From the NCBI GenBank assembly GCA_016840165.1, contig JAEOSU010000076.1, positions 32,001 through 96,000 of the forward strand: a DNA stretch of 64,000 nucleotides, read 5' to 3'. Position numbers and translations under genes: made by a program. The notes under the pieces were generated by a model that was given only the letters and a program-made list of their open reading frames with translations, had not been told where the DNA came from and ran no database searches. Below, one piece after another: positions 10,014-18,933 of this stretch (positions are counted from its first letter, which is position 1; the number at the start of each line of letters is the position of its first letter). This DNA comes from Promethearchaeota archaeon. GTDB lineage: Archaea > Asgardarchaeota > Lokiarchaeia > Sigyniarchaeales > SOKP01.

Positions 10014-11630
10014 TTATACTTTAACCTTGTAACCCTTGAACAAATGTAAGAGATATGAGATTTCCTCGGAGCCATTTACAATTCTTTGAATATGGTAAGG
10101 TAAAGAGTTAAAGTCCACAGATTTTCCTTCTATAACACGTTCTATAATCATTTCTACTAATTCAACATATCGTTTAGCTGTATTTCCTTTTATTTCTATT
10201 TCCGAAAGGATTTTTTGTGCTTTTTTAATACGACCATTAAGCACAGAAGATATTGCTGCTAAAATATAGGACTGAACAATATGAGAATAACCGATCTTTT
10301 TAATATTCGCAGCACGATAATAATATTTATACACGTTTTTTACCATTTCATTTACTAAGAAATCTTTCGCCGTATCTAATTGCTGGTAAAACTTAATACT
10401 TTCTAATATTAAGGTAGCTGCGGTAAAAAACTGTTTACTCTTCAATCCTTCTTTAGCGATAATATTAAGCCCCCTAATAATTTGATTAAAAATTCCGAAG
10501 CGATTGTATTCGAGGTTTGCTTCAACTGCGATATCATAAGCATTTAGATAACTTTCCGTTGAGTCATTAACATTTCCTATTTTCCAATAGCAATCTCCTG
10601 CTTTAACGAAATGCTTATAAGAGAGTTCATTATTATTCAGTTCTCTAAAGGTGACTGCAGCATTATAAAAGTTGGCTCCTGCCTCATTATAATCTTCAAT
10701 TTTTTCAGTGTAGTTACCAGCTAAAATAAAACACGAAGCAGACTCAATTATATTTTTGTTTATTTCTTGATAGCATAAAGCGGCGCCGCGATAATATCCA
10801 GCAATTTTTTGATAATTATCTTCGTTCTTTATTATCCTTTCCGCTAAATTTATGTAGGATCCCGCTTCCTTTTTCGAAAAGTTGATGAATTGATCCTCAT
10901 CATCTATTAATTTATATAAATTTTTTAATACATGAAAAATTTGAGACAATGCGAGGTGATCATTTTTCTTGTCATATTTTTCATAGATTTCATTAAAAAT
11001 TTCTATTCCATCCGAGATTAGATCGTTTGCTTTTTTTATCTCCCCTAAATCTTGATAAGATTTGGCGATTTGTTGGTATGAGTATGAGAGTAAGTCGAAG
11101 AAAAGATATTCTTTAGCAATGTCAATAACCAAACTAAAATATCGTATAGCTTTTTTATAATACGAAATTCGCAGATACAATTCCGCAATATTTTGATAGT
11201 TTTGAAGTAATTTTCGAATCTCATTAAATTCTTTTAGAAGTTTGCTTTCTTGTCGCATATAGCTTATTGCATTTAAAATGTACTTCTTTTCTAATTTCTT
11301 ATTCTTGAATTTTTCAGAATATAGATCAGCTAACCTTTTATAAATTTCTGCAATCTCATGAAATTTAGCTTGTAATTTATAGGAATTTATTTGCTTTTCC
11401 CAGAAATCAATAGAAAGTTTGTATAGCTTATATGCTTGAGAAGAATTTAATTCTTCAATGATTTCCGCCACAGAACATAAAAATTCTCCCGCTTCTTCGA
11501 ATTCTTTTGATTCAGCTAAATCTTTAGCAAAGATTCTTGCATCTTCTACGATGGTTAAAATTAAACCAAATTTTTCTCTTAAATTTTTGATATTCTCTAC
11601 TTTTGAGATCTTGATACTTAGGTGCTCCAA
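10014..11630 (-). CDS. TPR / alpha-SNAP-like helical repeat protein
   Basis: Repeated small-aromatic motifs: AGYYRGAALCY, SASCFILAG, AGANFYNAA, FVKAGDCY. Confidence 0.7.
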   Translation of the reverse strand: MEHLSIKISKVENIKNLREKFGLILTIVEDARIFAKDLAESKEFEEAGEFLCSVAEIIEELNSSQAYKLYKLSIDFWEKQINSYKLQAKFHEIAEIYKRLADLYSEKFKNKKLEKKYILNAISYMRQESKLLKEFNEIRKLLQNYQNIAELYLRISYYKKAIRYFSLVIDIAKEYLFFDLLSYSYQQIAKSYQDLGEIKKANDLISDGIEIFNEIYEKYDKKNDHLALSQIFHVLKNLYKLIDDEDQFINFSKKEAGSYINLAERIIKNEDNYQKIAGYYRGAALCYQEINKNIIESASCFILAGNYTEKIEDYNEAGANFYNAAVTFRELNNNELSYKHFVKAGDCYWKIGNVNDSTESYLNAYDIAVEANLEYNRFGIFNQIIRGLNIIAKEGLKSKQFFTAATLILESIKFYQQLDTAKDFLVNEMVKNVYKYYYRAANIKKIGYSHIVQSYILAAISSVLNGRIKKAQKILSEIEIKGNTAKRYVELVEMIIERVIEGKSVDFNSLPYHIQRIVNGSEEISYLLHLFKGYKVKV

Positions 11631-11947
11631 ATATTCTCTAGTATCACTGTAGATATCTTCTTGAAGTATCTAAAATCAACTCTTCTTGAAAAAGTTAAGA
11701 TTTATGCAGTAAAATTAATTAATACATAAAAATTATGGTTTTTTGAACATAAAGTTCAAAAGTTATTATTTTTCTTATCCCTAATTCAATCTACTTAAAA
11801 AATAAATAACATAGGAATGAATTTACATGTTTATAAACTGACTAAATAATCAAAGCGACACTTTTAGAATTATAGAAATAGTTTTAAATATTAAAAGAGT
11901 TTTAATTATATTAATTCTAATTAATTAAATTGTAGAAAAATTTATAG

Positions 11948-12166
11948 GTGGTTTTAATTAAACAAATTGCTGAATTATTAGAAACGGGTTTGTACGAGAC
12001 ATTTAAGACCGAAAAGCAAATAATGGTAAAAGATTTACTTAAAGAATTGAACTTAGAAGGAAAATATTTTGGAATCCTTGTTGATGGCAAGAAAGCAGAT
12101 GAGAACACTTTAATCAATGAAGATTCGGACGTTTTAATATTACCTCATATCGCCGGAGGGCTATAG
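11948..12166 (+). CDS. MoaD/ThiS/SAMP-type ubiquitin-like protein ending in GG-L
   Basis: 72-aa beta-grasp pattern: VKDLLKEL, ILVDG, INEDSDVLILPHIAGG-L. Confidence 0.85.
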   Translation: MVLIKQIAELLETGLYETFKTEKQIMVKDLLKELNLEGKYFGILVDGKKADENTLINEDSDVLILPHIAGGL

Positions 12167-12218
12167 TTATATTTTTTTTAATTCCTATTTTATAAAGTAA
12201 TTTTATCACTAAACTTGG

Positions 12219-13199
12219 TTATTTAAGCTCAATACGAAGAAGATCCTTTGCCAATAAGCTATTTGGAAATATTTCTTTGGCTTCGTTTAACAATTCTACC
12301 GCATCTTCTTGATATCTAGAAGAGATATGTGTTAAGATCAATTGCTTTGCATTCATTTTTACTGCACTATTCGCAGCATCTACAGAGGTAGAATGTTTTT
12401 TTTCAATAGCAACATCAGCCAAACTTTTTGAAAATGTTGCTTCATGTACCAAAATATCAGAGTTCTTGCCTAACTCTATTAAATTTTCACTTGGAGCAGT
12501 ATCTCCGGAATAAGTGATTTTTCTTCCCAATCTTTTTGGTCCCACAATTCCTTCCTTCAAAGGATCGATTTTTTTTCCTTGGAATTCAATTATTTGACCT
12601 TCATGTAATTTCTTCCAGATTCTACTTTCTGGTATTCCAATTTCTCTTGCCCGATCAGGGTTAAACTTTCCATTTCGTGGTTTTTCTATAAAACTATAAC
12701 CATAGGTTAGTACTGAATGATTTACTAATGTATATTTAAGTTGATATTTATCATCTTCAAAAATGATGTTATTTCTTAATCGAATTTCACTTTGAGCTTG
12801 ATCGGAATCTAAGCCGTCAAACATTATTAATTTATTATTGGTATGATGGATTTCAAAAATTCTAAGTGGATAAGTTGCTTTAAGTCCTAATATTTTTTTG
12901 TGGAGAAATAGATATAGAAAAAGATTTGGAGGTCCAAAAATAGATAAGGGAGCATTTCTGTCGATTAGTCCGAAACGAAATAAGAGCCCCGGAAGACCAA
13001 TGATATGATCTCCGTGAAAATGAGATATTAGAATTTTTAAAGGTTTATTGAATTTTAAACCAGCGTTAATAATTCCTCTTTGAATATCCTCTCCACAATC
13101 GAAAATAATAAGTTCATTCTTATATTTTAATGCGATAGCGGGTAAATTTCGTTCTTGTACGGGTATCGCGGCAGATGACCCTAAAATAATTAGTTCCAT
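12219..13199 (-). CDS. rnz: Ribonuclease Z
   Basis: ILGSSAAIP..RN, FDCGE, SHFHGDH, flexible arm, YSGDT, HEATF, HST, LTHISSRY. Confidence 0.95.
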   Translation of the reverse strand: MELIILGSSAAIPVQERNLPAIALKYKNELIIFDCGEDIQRGIINAGLKFNKPLKILISHFHGDHIIGLPGLLFRFGLIDRNAPLSIFGPPNLFLYLFLHKKILGLKATYPLRIFEIHHTNNKLIMFDGLDSDQAQSEIRLRNNIIFEDDKYQLKYTLVNHSVLTYGYSFIEKPRNGKFNPDRAREIGIPESRIWKKLHEGQIIEFQGKKIDPLKEGIVGPKRLGRKITYSGDTAPSENLIELGKNSDILVHEATFSKSLADVAIEKKHSTSVDAANSAVKMNAKQLILTHISSRYQEDAVELLNEAKEIFPNSLLAKDLLRIELK

Positions 13200-13213
13200 T
13201 AAAAATCATTATA

Positions 13214-14506
13214 TTAAGTACTTTTTCTTAGCTGGGATATTTCTAATCTTTGTTGGATATTCTGTTTTTTCAGATCTTCAATTATACTTTTAAGTTCTTC
13301 AATTCTTAAGAAAGTATCTGGATTTTCTTCTGATATGCTCCCGTTTGGGGTTAGATTCTTTGCTTTTAGCACACTTAATTCATTTTTTAAATCGAAAATG
13401 AATTGATCCTTTTGTTTTAATTGATTTTCTAGGATCTCATAGCTCTTCTTAATTCGAATAGCCTCATTTTTTATAGTTGCAACCTCCTCATCCTTAATGC
13501 TTAAATTTCTTTGTGCCTCATCTAATTTCTGTTGTAGGAAACCAGCCATTTCTCTCTGGATTTTTAATTTTTCATTAATATTTCTGGGAGCAGTGGTATT
13601 GTCAGATAAATTTTGTGTATGGGGTCCATTAGATTGAGTTTCTAAAAGTTGGATTCGTGTTTTTGCCTTGTTAAGTTTATTTTGTAATTCTTCTACAACT
13701 TGATCTAATGGTTGGGATTGTTTTGATTGCTTCAATGTTGCTATTAGTTCATTTAACTCTTTAATCTGTTTATTTTTCGAATCTAACTCTTGGGTTAAAG
13801 AAGCGATTGCTACCCCATCTTTTCCACTAGAACTAGCTTTTTCATATTTTTTTATTTTCTTTTTTAAATCTTCATTTTGTCGTTTAACTTTAGTCAAGGT
13901 TTCTTGAAGATCCTCTAATAAGACTTTTGTAACATTCTCTGAGGATTTACTTTCATTAATAGAAGGAACCTCTTCTATTCGTTTATTTAGAATTGAGATT
14001 TCTTCTTTGAGACTTTCAATTTCTTTATTTTTCTCCTCAACCACATCAGAATAATCATCAAGCTCTCCTTTTCCCGTTCTTTTTAATCTTTTAATCAAGG
14101 ATTCCTGCTTGTTAATTTTATCTTGTAGTTCCTTAACTAAAATATTAAGTGGTTGCTTATCTCTTAAATCTTCAACCCTTATAACGGAAGAGGACCCATT
14201 TTCTGCACTTTTTATCGTTTCTAATTCTTTTTGGGCATCAATCTTTTCTTTTCTCAAAAAACCCATACGATCTTTTAAATCTCGTATTTCTTTCTCTTTT
14301 ACATCCAACTCAATTTCTAATCTAGTTTGTTTTACTTTTTTCGAATGTTTTTTTGATTTTTTATTTGGAATCAATTCCTCTAATTTCATAATCTCATCTT
14401 CTAAATATTCGATTTTATCGAGATATTCAGAGATTTCACTGTCTTTTTTATTTATTTCCAGTTGTAACCTTTCAAGTTGCTTTTTCAGATTATTCTCTTC
14501 CGTCAT
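13214..14506 (-). CDS. Long coiled-coil protein
   Basis: 430 aa, K/E/L/Q-rich heptads with Ser/Gly/Pro linkers and no catalytic motif. Confidence 0.8.
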   Translation of the reverse strand: MTEENNLKKQLERLQLEINKKDSEISEYLDKIEYLEDEIMKLEELIPNKKSKKHSKKVKQTRLEIELDVKEKEIRDLKDRMGFLRKEKIDAQKELETIKSAENGSSSVIRVEDLRDKQPLNILVKELQDKINKQESLIKRLKRTGKGELDDYSDVVEEKNKEIESLKEEISILNKRIEEVPSINESKSSENVTKVLLEDLQETLTKVKRQNEDLKKKIKKYEKASSSGKDGVAIASLTQELDSKNKQIKELNELIATLKQSKQSQPLDQVVEELQNKLNKAKTRIQLLETQSNGPHTQNLSDNTTAPRNINEKLKIQREMAGFLQQKLDEAQRNLSIKDEEVATIKNEAIRIKKSYEILENQLKQKDQFIFDLKNELSVLKAKNLTPNGSISEENPDTFLRIEELKSIIEDLKKQNIQQRLEISQLRKST

Positions 14507-14593
14507 GTTTGATTTATAGGAAAAATTTTGAAATTATCTTTATATAAGTTACATCTTTAACTATATTTTTAATCTTTTTCATAAAAATATGTT

Positions 14594-16510
14594 CTAATAC
14601 ATTTCGAAATCCTTGATTGTAAATTTCCTTAGTTTTTTCATAATTGGATAAAGACTTAATGTATTAAATAACCCATAAGCAAGAAATAATATCATTATAA
14701 ACAGAAAAGGTACTAAAATATTGGGTAGATAAACTCTTTCAAATATAAAAATAGAATTTAATATCATTCCTACTCCCAAACTTAACCCAAGAGAGGGAAT
14801 TATGACATACATTGCTTCTAAAAATAATACTTTTCTTATGATTTTACTCTTAGCGCCTATCGCCCTCATAACTAAGAAGTCTTTTACTTTCTCCATGATA
14901 CTTCCTTTTTGATAATTATAAAGAGAGAGAATCGCAACTAAGCTCATTATCACTATTAAAATCGTAGGAAAGAAACCTAAATTTGAGACAAAATTAAGAT
15001 TCTTTTCAAATATCGGAGCCAGTTGAAGATAACTAAATTCTTGCCCTAAAGAATTATTAATTACGGTTTCTAATTCATATTGAATATTATTGATTGCCTC
15101 TGGTTTTATTTGAATAAATGCTAAATTGACTTGATTTGAAGTTAAGTTCATGCTTTCCCGAAATTTGTTAATATCAATATAACTTGCATAACCACTATAC
15201 AAACTATCGATAATTACACCAGAAATATCAAAAGCATAATCTAATTCATCAAAAAAGATAGCTTGGTCAAAAGAAAAATCAAAAAAGTTATATGCCAAAC
15301 CATCTCCAATCACTGCATAATAACTTGATGTTCCTTTTTTTGTTGTGAATTCTCCTTCAATTTCAAAATTTTGGAGTACATTTGTATCATTAACTCCAAT
15401 AACGGGGAAAACACCTTTTCTATTCTGACCTATAGAGATATATCCACCCTCTGGAGTAATATGAATTCCAGATAATTCTTGAGCTTCTATGAAGTTAATT
15501 AGACGAAATTCTTTGGACTGTATTTCTGATATCGAGTTTAATCCATCAAGAGAAGTGAAATTAAATAAATAATCTTGTTGCAAAAAGTCTATATTATTAT
15601 TCACCACAAGATCTGGATTATGAAACATTTCATACATTAAAGAATAGTTATAAACAACATCTTGATGTCCTATGACTATAAGGTTTTCTGTTTGTGATTT
15701 TTTTACCCAATTATATGAGGAGTTACTTAATACAATGGTTCCCAGCCCTAATGTAAAGAGTATCAATGAGATAATAGAAAATACTATAATATACCTCTTA
15801 AACTCTCCCTTCTTTCTGATAGTGTTGATAACTGAAATTTTAAAATTCAACCCAATTGATGATAACCATTTAGGAATTAATTTTAGACTTTTAGATGCGC
15901 TATAATTATATGGAATATCCTTAGAAAAATTTCTAACAATTTTTTGATTCCCTATTTTTCTTAATAAATATCCAGGTATAATGAAAATACCCGCTATACA
16001 GGATGCGAATAAAATAGGAGTATAGATAAGATCCAACTGAAATGTGAGCGCAAAATCATTTAATATCAATATATATGCGAAAATGGAAAAGAATAATATA
16101 CCTATAATAATTCCTATGAAAAACGCTATAATAAAGATGACATATATCTCAGTTAAATAAAAACCATACAATTTATGAGGTAATGAGCCTAGTGCTCTCA
16201 TTATAGCAATATCGCGTTTCTTAGAAATAACCAAAGTACAACTTATTATAATAACGACAGTAAACGCTAAAATCATCATTAAGACTATAATTAAATTATT
16301 AAAGTCGGTATAAATTATGTTAATTCCACCTGAAAAGAAGTAGGTATTTGTGAAACTATATTGAATAAAGTTATTCAATCCTATAGAGGATCCAAAGTAA
16401 ATTGAAAACTCTGTGGCCGAAATAATTAATATTAAAATAAATAGATAAGGATAAGACATATCTTTTTTCCGAGAAATATCTTTAATCGCAAAATCGAGTG
16501 AAATTGGCAA
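14594..16510 (-). CDS. ABC transporter permease, FtsX/MacB family
   Basis: Two FtsX motifs (KRDIAIMRALG and DFLVMRAIGA) and a large extracytoplasmic loop. Confidence 0.88.
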   Translation of the reverse strand: MPISLDFAIKDISRKKDMSYPYLFILILIISATEFSIYFGSSIGLNNFIQYSFTNTYFFSGGINIIYTDFNNLIIVLMMILAFTVVIIISCTLVISKKRDIAIMRALGSLPHKLYGFYLTEIYVIFIIAFFIGIIIGILFFSIFAYILILNDFALTFQLDLIYTPILFASCIAGIFIIPGYLLRKIGNQKIVRNFSKDIPYNYSASKSLKLIPKWLSSIGLNFKISVINTIRKKGEFKRYIIVFSIISLILFTLGLGTIVLSNSSYNWVKKSQTENLIVIGHQDVVYNYSLMYEMFHNPDLVVNNNIDFLQQDYLFNFTSLDGLNSISEIQSKEFRLINFIEAQELSGIHITPEGGYISIGQNRKGVFPVIGVNDTNVLQNFEIEGEFTTKKGTSSYYAVIGDGLAYNFFDFSFDQAIFFDELDYAFDISGVIIDSLYSGYASYIDINKFRESMNLTSNQVNLAFIQIKPEAINNIQYELETVINNSLGQEFSYLQLAPIFEKNLNFVSNLGFFPTILIVIMSLVAILSLYNYQKGSIMEKVKDFLVMRAIGAKSKIIRKVLFLEAMYVIIPSLGLSLGVGMILNSIFIFERVYLPNILVPFLFIMILFLAYGLFNTLSLYPIMKKLRKFTIKDFEMY

Positions 16511-16541
16511 TCACCATTAGGTTTTTTAGAGATTTTTTCTA

Positions 16542-17300
16542 TTACGGAACATAATTTTCATTAATAATTTTTCCATCTTCAAAACTTATGATTCTATTGG
16601 CAAGTTCAATTAAAAATTCGTCATGAGTAGCAATAATAATAGTTTTATCTTGTTCTTTCATATTTTTGAATAAATCTCGTATGAAAATGCTGGTCTCCTT
16701 ATCTAAATTAGCCGTTGGTTCATCTGCTAAAATTAAGGGAGGATCATTTGCTAACGCTCGAGCAATTGCAACTCTTTGTTGTTCCCCGGCAGAAAGTTGA
16801 AAAGGAAGATGTTCTCGACGGGATCCGAGTCCAATTTCTTTTAAAAGAGAAACTGCTTTTTCCCTTTGAGTTTTAAGACCTAAACCAGTTAAACTCATAG
16901 GGAACATGATGTTCTCTTCAGCGGTTAAGGTGCTAATAAGGTTGTAATTTTGAAAGATAAAACCTGAATTGATCAATCTAAAGGTTGATAGACTCTCTTC
17001 GTCCATATCTGTAATTTTCACTCCACTTGAGATAATAGTACCAGAATTTGGACTATCTAATGCACCTAAAAGGTTTAATAATGTGGTCTTGCCCGCGCCT
17101 GATGGTCCTTTTATTACAACAAAATCGTTGAGCATAAATTCTAAGGAGACATTATCTACTGCTCGGACAACATACTCTCCTATTTCATAATCTTTCGTAA
17201 CATTTTGTGCTACAATTATCATATTTTTATCATATATGATTTCGGATGTTTCTTTTAGGGCTAGATCATCTATCTCTCTTTTTGACATTTTACAATTCAC
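16542..17300 (-). CDS. ABC transporter ATP-binding protein (LolD/MacB-like)
   Basis: Walker A GPSGAGKTT, signature LSAGEQQR, Walker B LILADEPT, ATHD. Confidence 0.95.
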   Translation of the reverse strand: MNCKMSKREIDDLALKETSEIIYDKNMIIVAQNVTKDYEIGEYVVRAVDNVSLEFMLNDFVVIKGPSGAGKTTLLNLLGALDSPNSGTIISSGVKITDMDEESLSTFRLINSGFIFQNYNLISTLTAEENIMFPMSLTGLGLKTQREKAVSLLKEIGLGSRREHLPFQLSAGEQQRVAIARALANDPPLILADEPTANLDKETSIFIRDLFKNMKEQDKTIIIATHDEFLIELANRIISFEDGKIINENYVP

Positions 17301-17400
17301 ATATTATTCATAGCATGATTCTTTTCTAAATAATAATAATTCCTTTAAATTGTTAATTATACATTTTCAAATAAACCAGAATATCATTAATAAAAAATTT

Positions 17401-17419
17401 GGGAAAAAAAGTTTATATA
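17401..17419 (+). promoter_or_regulatory. Putative archaeal BRE/TATA promoter for the structured RNA candidate
   Basis: Purine run GGGAAAAAAAG followed by TTTATATA (17412-17419), 23 nt before the 5' arm of the long stem at 17442. Confidence 0.5.
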
Positions 17420-17441
17420 CAACCTTGTCATATATGTGATC

Positions 17442-17586
17442 AGAGGGAAGCGTGAAAATAGCACGATATTTTTCGTGTAAAAATATAATATCCCCTAATT
17501 TCCTAATTAAAAATGGTAAAAATACCTAAATTTTATCCCAAAATCTTAAACCTGCACTTAGGTTTTTGATTTTCTCGCTTCCTTCT
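17442..17586 (+). ncRNA. Candidate structured non-coding RNA (~145 nt), unassigned
   Basis: 17442-17459 AGAGGGAAGCGTGAAAAT pairs with 17569-17586 ATTTTCTCGCTTCCTTCT (18 positions, one G-U, one U-U). Three internal hairpins; T-rich tract follows. Confidence 0.5.
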
Positions 17587-17792
17587 ACTCTTATTTTTGA
17601 ACAAATATAAATAATTCAATTCTATAACTATTTCTATCCATTTAATTCTTGAATTTAGATAAATTATACTCATTTCTTTACCAAAAATGTCAAATTTTCA
17701 ATTAATTCTATAAAAAAAATTTAAACAACTTCAAGATTTATAATATCTAAAGTATAATTTTAAGTAATATATTTAAAATGGGGTAAATTTTA

Positions 17793-18428
17793 GTGGATTT
17801 TGAAAAATTAACAGAACTAATTATTGAATTAGAAGTTGATGATATCGCAGATGCCGTTAAAGAGGCTTTAGAACAAGATGGAAAGGATCCATTTGAGATC
17901 TTAAATGCATTGACTAAGGGAATGGATGAGGTTGGGAAGCGTTACGAAGAGAAGGAGTATTATCTCACAGAGCTCGTATTAGCCGGGGAGACTATGAAAG
18001 AAGCATTTAATGTTTTACAACCCGCTTTAGCAGCTGCTGACACATCACAAGAGAAGGTTAAGATTATTATGGGTACGGTTAAAGGTGACAATCATGATAT
18101 TGGAAAAAATATCCTCGCATCCTTACTTTTGAGTTCAGGATTTGAACTATATGACCTTGGAATGGACGTAGATGAAAATACGATAGTTGAAAAGGTGAAA
18201 GAAACTGGGGCAAAAATTATCGCGCTTAGCTCTCTTTTAACTATGACAGTAGAGCAAATTAAGGTGGTAGATGAGGCGTTGAAATCAGCAGGTCTAAGAG
18301 ACAAAGTTAAATTAATTGTGGGTGGAGCTCCCCTAAATATGGAATTGGCAAAGAAGCTAGGAGCTGATGACTTTGCAGAAGATGCTGTGGATGGAGTAAA
18401 GCATATTAAAAAATTAGCCGGTATTTAA
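17793..18428 (+). CDS. Methyltransferase corrinoid protein (MtbC/MttC-like)
   Basis: Helical cap (LTKGMDEVG.RYE..EYY), GDNHDIGKN (DxHxxG), LSSLLT, VGGAP. Confidence 0.93.
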   Translation: MDFEKLTELIIELEVDDIADAVKEALEQDGKDPFEILNALTKGMDEVGKRYEEKEYYLTELVLAGETMKEAFNVLQPALAAADTSQEKVKIIMGTVKGDNHDIGKNILASLLLSSGFELYDLGMDVDENTIVEKVKETGAKIIALSSLLTMTVEQIKVVDEALKSAGLRDKVKLIVGGAPLNMELAKKLGADDFAEDAVDGVKHIKKLAGI

Positions 18429-18660
18429 TCTTTCTTCCTTTTTTTAAATATACTATTTCTTGCTTTAATCAAGAAACAACTTAATAGAGTTTATAATTTA
18501 TAATGCTGATTTGTAATCTATTTAATTTTCAGTTTAAGTTAAATGAGATTTGTTGTTAAATTATAATCAGAATCTTTAATTGTTTAATGCGAGTTATAAC
18601 TATTAGAAACATTTATGAAATATTATTAACCCAGAGCTGTGCTCAGTTTTGGGTGAGTAT

Positions 18661-18933
18661 ATGTCAAAGGAGGTATTAAATTTGACTGATAATAAAAAAG
18701 AGATAGACTATGATGAAGAGTTAGATACAAGAGGTTTGTTTTGCCCTGAACCGCTTTTTGAGGTACGAAATTTTTCCGAATCACTTGAAGTAGGGCAATG
18801 CTTAAAAGTAATAGCAGATGATCCTGCTGCAGAGGAAGATTTAACTCGATGGGCTAAAAGAACTGATACTGAAATTGTAGAGTTCTTTAAAGATGGTGAT
18901 GACCTAGTTTTCTACTTTAAGAAAAAAAAATAA
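18661..18933 (+). CDS. tusA: TusA/SirA family sulfur carrier
   Basis: LDTRGLFCPEP and ADDPAAEED. ATG at 18661 preferred because GGGTGA lies just upstream. Confidence 0.9.
   Translation: MSKEVLNLTDNKKEIDYDEELDTRGLFCPEPLFEVRNFSESLEVGQCLKVIADDPAAEEDLTRWAKRTDTEIVEFFKDGDDLVFYFKKKK

Noticed and set aside
17442-17586. Calling the structured element a cobalamin riboswitch, tRNA, SRP RNA or RNase P RNA
   Set aside because: Only fragments of the cobalamin consensus are present. There are no tRNA D/T-loop motifs, it is too short and AT-rich for SRP or RNase P RNA, and the corrinoid gene has its own TATA-like box near 17737. Kept as unassigned.
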